Made by a program: the position numbers and the translations under genes. 41,744 bases of DNA. It comes from Arcobacter sp. Its GTDB lineage: Bacteria; Campylobacterota; Campylobacteria; Campylobacterales; Arcobacteraceae. The stretch is taken from contig DAOVXU010000001.1 in NCBI GenBank assembly GCA_030635995.1, positions 1 through 41,744 of the forward strand, given 5' to 3'. This document shows, piece by piece, positions 36,627-41,744 of this stretch. Under the pieces are notes generated by a model. That model worked only from the letters and a program-made list of their open reading frames with translations, was not told the origin of the DNA and made no database searches. Positions within the stretch are counted from its first letter, which is position 1; each line of letters starts with the position of its first letter.

Positions 36627-37058
36627 ATGATAACAGAATTAATAGAGAAAAATAAATACAAAGATTTAACATCAAAGCAGATAAAAGAACTAATCACATT
36701 TTTAGTATCACAAGAGCAAGAATTTAATATAACAGCAAATATAGAAGGTGTTGATTTCAATCCTGAAATACCAGAACCTGTATCTGCACATTTTACACAA
36801 TTTACACTTTTTACATTGGTTAATTATACTTATGAATCACTAGTAATAGAAGATGATTATATTAGTTTTGAAGCTGGATTTGGAAGTGAAAACTTTGGAT
36901 CTGTTTGTTCAGTGCCATACTATGCTATATTTCAAGTAAGCATAGATAATTCTATACTATTTATAAATCCATCTGCTACTGTTCAAAAATATTTTGAAGA
37001 AGATACTGAAGATGAGAAACAAAAAGAACGATCAATGAACGCTTTTAAATTAAAATAA
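36627..37058 (+). CDS. SspB-like protein (ClpXP adaptor / stringent starvation protein B family), tentative
   Basis: LVIEDDYISFEAGFGSENFGSVCSVPYYAIFQV resembles the SspB core (..d.i.F.arFgG....v.vP..av.aI). Has an acidic C-terminal tail. Confidence 0.45.
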   Translation: MITELIEKNKYKDLTSKQIKELITFLVSQEQEFNITANIEGVDFNPEIPEPVSAHFTQFTLFTLVNYTYESLVIEDDYISFEAGFGSENFGSVCSVPYYAIFQVSIDNSILFINPSATVQKYFEEDTEDEKQKERSMNAFKLK

Positions 37059-37165
37059 TAAATAGTAATATTTATTTTATATTAGATACTTAGACTATTA
37101 ACTCAAAAGAGTATACTTAAAGATAATATCAGATATTTTTTCATTGTCATGTCTTATTATCTTTT

Positions 37166-37942
37166 TTATTTTTTGATTATATCTTTTTCAACCTTATCAA
37201 GATCATCTTCACCAACTTTTAAAGTCCCTTTTTCAAACTCTTTTGTTTTTAATAGTGCAATATCTAAATCATAAAGTTTATCTAAATCTATTTTTCCATT
37301 ATTTAAATCAACTTCTAAAACATGACCTCCAAATTTCTTATCTTCGCTTATAAAATGAAAATGGTAACCTGCAACATTAAATTTTGCAAAATACTTAGGA
37401 AGGTAATAGCCTATTAAAGTACCTTTAATATTTTTTGCTTTAAAAAAGTTTTGTGTTTCAACAATATGTTTAACCAAGGGAGGATAAGGTTTTGTAGCTT
37501 TTGGCGCACTTCTTGTTTTTATATAATTAAAATCACCCTCTATTTTAAATCCACAAGGATAATTTTTACATTGTTCATAAGTATCTAATAAAGCTTTTAA
37601 CTTTTTATAAGAGTTTATATCTTTTAATTTTTCACTAAAATCTGCTTTAAAAAAATGCACAGCAGCAAAAGGTACACCTAGATCATCTTTAACTCTTAAA
37701 ACTTCACCTGTTGATTTTACTTGATAAACAATACCATCATCTACTACCATCTCACCATCTATACCATTAAATGTTCCTAAACCAAAATTACCATTTGCTT
37801 TTATATGAGAAACTGTTTTATCTCCATCGTAATGACCTGCAAGAAGTGCATCAATAGTAGAGATCTGATACAATCTTTCACCACTCTCTATCCCAAAAAC
37901 TAAACTACTAAATAATAGTACCATTACTAAAATCTTTTTCAT
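37166..37942 (-). CDS. alsD: alpha-acetolactate decarboxylase family protein with N-terminal signal peptide
   Basis: LYQISTIDALLAGHYDGDKTV, LGLGTFNGIDGEMVVDDGIVYQV, and Zn-ligand His context GYHFHFISEDKKFGGHVL. Start set at the ATG at 37942, because AAGGAG (37949-37954) lies 6 nt upstream. This gives the N-terminus MKKILVMVLLFSSLVFG. The track's GTG at 37975 is less likely. Confidence 0.8.
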   Translation of the reverse strand: MKKILVMVLLFSSLVFGIESGERLYQISTIDALLAGHYDGDKTVSHIKANGNFGLGTFNGIDGEMVVDDGIVYQVKSTGEVLRVKDDLGVPFAAVHFFKADFSEKLKDINSYKKLKALLDTYEQCKNYPCGFKIEGDFNYIKTRSAPKATKPYPPLVKHIVETQNFFKAKNIKGTLIGYYLPKYFAKFNVAGYHFHFISEDKKFGGHVLEVDLNNGKIDLDKLYDLDIALLKTKEFEKGTLKVGEDDLDKVEKDIIKK

Positions 37943-38007
37943 CTTTTTCTCCTTTTTATTTTTATAAATCTTCACAACTTATATAGTACCTTTTTTATTA
38001 AAATAAA

Positions 38008-38016
38008 ATTATATCA
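38008..38016 (-). promoter_or_regulatory. candidate extended -10 element (TGATATAAT) for the acetolactate decarboxylase-like gene
   Basis: The minus strand reads TGATATAAT 66 nt upstream of the ATG at 37942. This is the same 9-mer as upstream of argH. No transcript data. Confidence 0.3.
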
Positions 38017-38127
38017 TCTAAGTGTCGAAAAACTGTCAGAAAATAAACTTAGTAAAAATATTTATAATTTAATGAGCTGTTAATTTTTAATCTATGGTGA
38101 TATCTAAAATGAATAGTAAGGAGATAA

Positions 38128-38328
38128 TCATCCCCCACCAACAAATTGTAGAAGTTCTATTTTATCACCATCTTTTGGTATAAAACTCCCCCAATTGTCT
38201 TTTTTAACAATATCCATATTAACAGCTGCTGCCATAACTTTATCTTCTATTTTTAAATCTTTTATAATTTGATGTAACTCTACACCATCGTTAAACTTTT
38301 TTATTTCACCATTTATTATTAGCTTCAT
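38128..38328 (-). CDS. thiS: ThiS/MoaD-family sulfur-carrier (ubiquitin-fold) protein
   Basis: 66 aa, beginning MKLIINGE and ending in the diagnostic C-terminus IELLQFVGGG. Starts 11 nt after the ankyrin gene stop. Confidence 0.8.
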   Translation of the reverse strand: MKLIINGEIKKFNDGVELHQIIKDLKIEDKVMAAAVNMDIVKKDNWGSFIPKDGDKIELLQFVGGG

Positions 38329-38339
38329 TTTAAATACCT

Positions 38340-40268
38340 TTATATCCTAAAATCTTCTTTAATTTGATCTGTTAATATTCCCATTTTTCTTAATAAATCT
38401 TTATCATTTGTTTTTTGTTTTATCTTATCTACAGATTCTACCATCTTTATAAATTTCTTTTTTATTGATAAAGGTATTGGTTTAGATGTTTTTATAAAAA
38501 CAGTACCAAAATTTAATAACAGTTCCACTATGTCAAAACAATTCATCAATGTAGCATAAACAATGGGTAATATCCCAAATCCATCTGCTATATTTATAAC
38601 ATCATTATTTTTATAATATATTAATTTTACTATATCAAAGTTTTTATTTAAAACTGCATAATGAGCTAGTGTTCTACCTTTCTTGTCCTTAGAATCATAT
38701 TTAAACCTTGCAACATCTATTAAAGTTTCAAATAGTTGAGCATCTGTATCTTTTTTAATAATCCTTGAAAATACATTTTTTCCATCAGAATCAAGTGTAT
38801 TTATATCTACTCCAAAATTTATCATCCCTATAAGATTACTTCTAAATGTATCAAAATATTTATTTTGATCAAATACAGTATAAACATATATATAAAATAT
38901 ATTTAATCCACTTGAATCTCTATCATTAATATTAAATTGATTTGATATATACAGCTTAAACAGATCAAAATATCCATCTAAAATAGGGGTAAAAAATAGT
39001 GGCTGACCACGTGAATCAGTTGTGTTAAGATTCTGTACTGAATTTTGAAGTATCTCTTTTAGTACAATTAGATATTTGCCCCCATCATCAACATATTTTA
39101 ATAATTCTTTATCTTCTATATCTTTAAATTTTGAAGTATGTAAAATAAACATATTTAAAATTTCTAAAATATTTCTATTGTTATCATCTCGTATGATTGG
39201 GTTAGCATAATATTTTAAAAGTAACAATATAATATCAATTGATTTAACCCCATGAAAACAAGCAATTAAAAGTGGTGTTTGATATAAGTTATTTTGCTTA
39301 TTTGGATTTACATCTTTTGTTAATAAAAAAGCACAGGCATTATAGTCGTTATTTCTAATTGCTTCAAATAATCCATTTTCGCCATCATCATTTATTGCAT
39401 TTACATCTATACCTTTTAATACTAGATTTTCTGACATTTTAAGCAATGATTCTCTTCTATCCACTTCATGATCACTTATTTTATAAAATACCCCCATAGT
39501 TTCCATTAAGATTGAGTTGTTATTTCTAACTGTTGTATTTATATTACAACCATACTCTATAGCTACATCAAGTAATCTTGAACCATCCATACCTTTGACT
39601 GCAGTATGGTAAAGTAAGTTTCTTCCCTCTTTATCACAAATAGTAGGATCAGCCCCTTTTTGAATAAGTTTTACACATAAATCTTCATTTTCTAAAGCCT
39701 CTTTTTTATGTAAAATAGTCTCACCCAAATTATCAACTAAATTTAAATCTATCCCTTTTGTATTCATCATATTTTCTATAATATTTTCATCACCATAAGC
39801 AATAGCATCAAAAAGAACATTTCTATTATTTTTATCTACACTATTTACATCAATTGCATTGTTTATTAGCTCATTAGCAATATTTGCATTTCCAGATAAT
39901 ACTGCATTTTGAAGAAGTGAACGACCATCTCCATCTAATTGATTTATATCTATTTTTTTAGTTTTTAAAATAAGTTCTACTATTAGGTGATTGTTCTTTT
40001 TGATAGCTAATTGAATTGGTTCTTCATTTAAATAATTTTTTAAAGATAGATCTATATTATTCAGAATAAGCCATTTTGCTGATTTAAATTTACTATGTAA
40101 AATACATAGATGTAAAAAAGTTTGACCATCAGAATCTTGATGATTGATGGAAAATTTTTTACTATCAATCATTGTTTCTAAAACATCATTATTTAATTTT
40201 TTTTTATACAACTCTTCTAAAAAACCTTTTGGTGTTGCTATAAATTTATTAATTAATGAATTAAACAT
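38340..40268 (-). CDS. ankyrin-repeat protein (about 15 repeats), no signal peptide
   Basis: Recurrent ~33-aa units with D.(D/N)G.(T/N).L..A...(G/N)....(V/L)..L(I/L)..G(A/I)D(V/I)N cores. Examples: DSDGQTFLHLC, DGDGRSLLQNAV, DKEGRNLLYHTA, DKKGRTLAHYAV. Confidence 0.85.
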   Translation of the reverse strand: MFNSLINKFIATPKGFLEELYKKKLNNDVLETMIDSKKFSINHQDSDGQTFLHLCILHSKFKSAKWLILNNIDLSLKNYLNEEPIQLAIKKNNHLIVELILKTKKIDINQLDGDGRSLLQNAVLSGNANIANELINNAIDVNSVDKNNRNVLFDAIAYGDENIIENMMNTKGIDLNLVDNLGETILHKKEALENEDLCVKLIQKGADPTICDKEGRNLLYHTAVKGMDGSRLLDVAIEYGCNINTTVRNNNSILMETMGVFYKISDHEVDRRESLLKMSENLVLKGIDVNAINDDGENGLFEAIRNNDYNACAFLLTKDVNPNKQNNLYQTPLLIACFHGVKSIDIILLLLKYYANPIIRDDNNRNILEILNMFILHTSKFKDIEDKELLKYVDDGGKYLIVLKEILQNSVQNLNTTDSRGQPLFFTPILDGYFDLFKLYISNQFNINDRDSSGLNIFYIYVYTVFDQNKYFDTFRSNLIGMINFGVDINTLDSDGKNVFSRIIKKDTDAQLFETLIDVARFKYDSKDKKGRTLAHYAVLNKNFDIVKLIYYKNNDVINIADGFGILPIVYATLMNCFDIVELLLNFGTVFIKTSKPIPLSIKKKFIKMVESVDKIKQKTNDKDLLRKMGILTDQIKEDFRI

Positions 40269-40281
40269 AAATACACTTAGG

Positions 40282-40809
40282 TTATTTTATATATGCTTTA
40301 ATAATTCTTTGTTCTAAAACTGGTCTATTCCCTCTTCCTGTTCTTACTTTTTCAAGTTTTTTAACTACTTGATAACTATACTTGTCATTTACATATCCAA
40401 ATATAGTATGTTTGCCATTTAGCCATCTAGTTTCTACTGTTGTAATAAAAAATTGACTACCATTTGTATTTGGTCCTCTATTTGCCATAGCTAAAATTCC
40501 TGGTTTATCAAACTGAGCCGATGAACTAAATTCATCATTAAATGATTTACCCCATATAGAATTTCCACCTCTACCAGTCCCTTGTGGATCTCCACTTTGA
40601 ATCATAAATTGAGGTATAATTCTATGAAAAATAATCCCATCATAATAACCTTTTTTAATAAGTTTTGTAAAATTTTCAACAGCAATTGGTGCTAAATCCT
40701 CTCTAAGTTCTAATTCTATATTTCCTTGAGTTGTTTCTAATACTGCAATTTGATGTGCAAATAAGACACTTGTGCTAAAAATTAAAGCTAAAAATATTTT
40801 TTTATACAT
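40282..40809 (-). CDS. periplasmic cyclophilin-type peptidyl-prolyl cis-trans isomerase
   Basis: Signal peptide MYKKIFLALIFSTSVLFA. Motifs FHRIIPQFMIQSGDP, ILAMANRGPNTNGSQFFIT, LNGKHTIFG. Confidence 0.92.
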   Translation of the reverse strand: MYKKIFLALIFSTSVLFAHQIAVLETTQGNIELELREDLAPIAVENFTKLIKKGYYDGIIFHRIIPQFMIQSGDPQGTGRGGNSIWGKSFNDEFSSSAQFDKPGILAMANRGPNTNGSQFFITTVETRWLNGKHTIFGYVNDKYSYQVVKKLEKVRTGRGNRPVLEQRIIKAYIK

Positions 40810-40872
40810 ATTGTTTCCCCTTTTAATTGTTTAAAAGATATAATAACTAAAATAGTATTAAAGGTGAGCCGT

Positions 40873-41511
40873 ATGAATATTAAGACACTAATAAAAGGTA
40901 ATAAAAGATTTAGAAAAGCAAAATTTACAAAATATCAAGAGGATTTTAATACTTTAGTAAAACATGGTCAAAAACCAAATGTTTTATTTATAGGGTGTAG
41001 TGATAGTAGAGTAGTTCCAGATTTAATAGTAGATACAAATCCAGGAGATATGTTTTTACTTAGAAATATTGGGAATTTTGTACCACCATTTAAAGAAGAT
41101 TTTGATTATCATGGAGTTAGTGCTGTTATTGAATATGCTGTATCTGTACTTAAAGTAAAAGATATAATTGTATGTGGACATTCCCACTGTGGTGCTTGTG
41201 CCTCTTTATATGATGATTTATCAAATAATAGAAAATTAATTCATGTAAGAAAATGGTTAGAATTAGGACAAAAAGCTAAAGAGTATGCTTTAATGAATCT
41301 TCTAACAAAAAAAGCTTCAAAAGAGCAACTATTAAGAACAACGGAAAAAATATCTGTAACATACCAACTTGAAAATTTATTAACATATCCAGAAGTTGTA
41401 AAAAGGATAAAAAAAGGTAAATTAAATATCCACGGCTGGTTTTATGATATAGAAGATGGTTCTATTGAAGAATATGATGCTAAGGATAAGAAGTACAGAA
41501 AACTTCAGTAA
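40873..41511 (+). CDS. beta-class carbonic anhydrase
   Basis: Zn-ligand motifs GCSDSRV and GHSHCGA. Start set at the ATG at 40873, which has AAGGTGA 5 nt upstream. The GTG at 40864 lies inside that Shine-Dalgarno. Confidence 0.88.
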   Translation: MNIKTLIKGNKRFRKAKFTKYQEDFNTLVKHGQKPNVLFIGCSDSRVVPDLIVDTNPGDMFLLRNIGNFVPPFKEDFDYHGVSAVIEYAVSVLKVKDIIVCGHSHCGACASLYDDLSNNRKLIHVRKWLELGQKAKEYALMNLLTKKASKEQLLRTTEKISVTYQLENLLTYPEVVKRIKKGKLNIHGWFYDIEDGSIEEYDAKDKKYRKLQ

Positions 41512-41531
41512 AATATAGTTTTTAAATAATA

Positions 41532-41554
41532 AATTGTATATTAAATATACAATT
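41532..41554. repeat. perfect 23-nt palindrome downstream of the carbonic anhydrase gene
   Basis: aattgtatat-taa-atatacaatt. The 10-bp arms are exact reverse complements and the flanking loop bases t/a also pair. Confidence 0.6.
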
Positions 41555-41563
41555 AAAAGTATG

Positions 41564-41587
41564 TATATGATAGTATACCATCATATA
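41564..41587. promoter_or_regulatory. 24-nt palindrome with one mismatch, 18 nt upstream of the last gene's ATG (candidate operator)
   Basis: tatatgat-agtatacc-atcatata. The 8-bp arms are exact, and the core contains the gtatac palindrome. The only mismatch is a/c at 41572/41579. GAAGGA Shine-Dalgarno follows at 41592-41597. Confidence 0.4.
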
Positions 41588-41604
41588 TATTGAAGGATAG
41601 TTCT

Positions 41605-41744
41605 ATGGAACGATTTATTACTAAGTCTGATTTATCAAAACAAATTTTAAAATCAGCTCAACTCTCTGCCTCTTTACCTGTCAATACTCTTATTTATGGT
41701 CAAATGGGCGTTGGAAAAAAACTTTTATCTGCTGAAATCTTACC
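41605..41744 (+). CDS. AAA+ ATPase, sigma-54-activator-like N-terminus (3'-truncated by window edge)
   Basis: MERFITKSDLSKQILKSAQLSASLPVNTLIYGQMGVGKKLLSAEILP. The pattern resembles the start of a sigma-54 interaction domain (..S..m..l...a..lA....pvLI.GE.GtGKe..A..IH) with Walker A GQMGVGKK. A DNA polymerase III delta-prime type clamp-loader subunit cannot be excluded. Confidence 0.4.
   Translation, partial: MERFITKSDLSKQILKSAQLSASLPVNTLIYGQMGVGKKLLSAEIL

Noticed and set aside
37057-37076. Hairpin aataaata-gtaa-tatttatt after the SspB-like gene as an intrinsic terminator
   Set aside because: The stem is 8 bp of A/T only, so predicted stability is very low. It overlaps the stop codon. It may function in this AT-rich genome, but the sequence alone does not support a call.
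38021-38040. Direct repeat TGTCGA / TGTCAGA spaced about 11 bp apart, upstream of the alsD-like promoter
   Set aside because: The repeat is only 5-6 nt with a mismatch, which is easily explained by chance.
38329-38339. TPP riboswitch upstream of thiS
   Set aside because: Only 11 nt separate thiS from the ankyrin gene. No riboswitch can fit, and no CUGAGA-type element is present nearby.
38340-40268. Ankyrin gene region as a horizontally acquired island or mobile element
   Set aside because: No integrase, transposase, flanking direct repeats or tRNA are present. The gene is embedded between conserved housekeeping genes with 11-13 nt gaps. The lower GC is only a visual impression.

Overview
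Low-GC, tightly packed chromosomal segment. Gene content and protein sequences look like a free-living member of the Campylobacterota, probably Arcobacteraceae; this is inference only, since no search was possible.

Left part: the 3' portion of fabF and accA. On the minus strand follow a membrane class III adenylate cyclase, argH, and a PleD-like REC-REC-GGDEF regulator with a degenerate active site. A long plus-strand run of housekeeping genes with overlapping or abutting boundaries comes next: argD, a TolC-like OMP, a MidA/NDUFAF7-like methyltransferase, glmU, coaBC, uppS, a prepilin peptidase, an LptF/G-type permease and truA.

Centre (15.6-33.0 kb, minus strand): a 15-gene complex I (nuo) operon, nuoA-B-C-D-[87 aa]-[671 aa]-nuoG'-nuoG-H-I-J-K-L-M-N. 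This is the most interesting part of the window.
- Canonical NuoE and NuoF are absent.
- Their slots hold a Cys-free 87-aa protein and a chimera of the NuoF C-terminal Fe-S segment fused to a GltD/SfrB-type FAD-NAD(P)H oxidoreductase.
- Two diverged tandem NuoG paralogues follow. All of these genes are translationally coupled.

Right part: a plus-strand operon of a lone CbiH/CobJ-type methyltransferase, an archaeal-type CobT-like protein, minimal PabB and PabC, and an SspB-like protein. On the minus strand follow an exported acetolactate-decarboxylase homologue and a cyclophilin / 15-repeat ankyrin protein / orphan ThiS operon. The window ends with a beta-carbonic anhydrase and the 5' end of an AAA+ regulator-like gene preceded by two palindromes.

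No rRNA, tRNA, CRISPR, transposase, integrase or phage genes were recognised.
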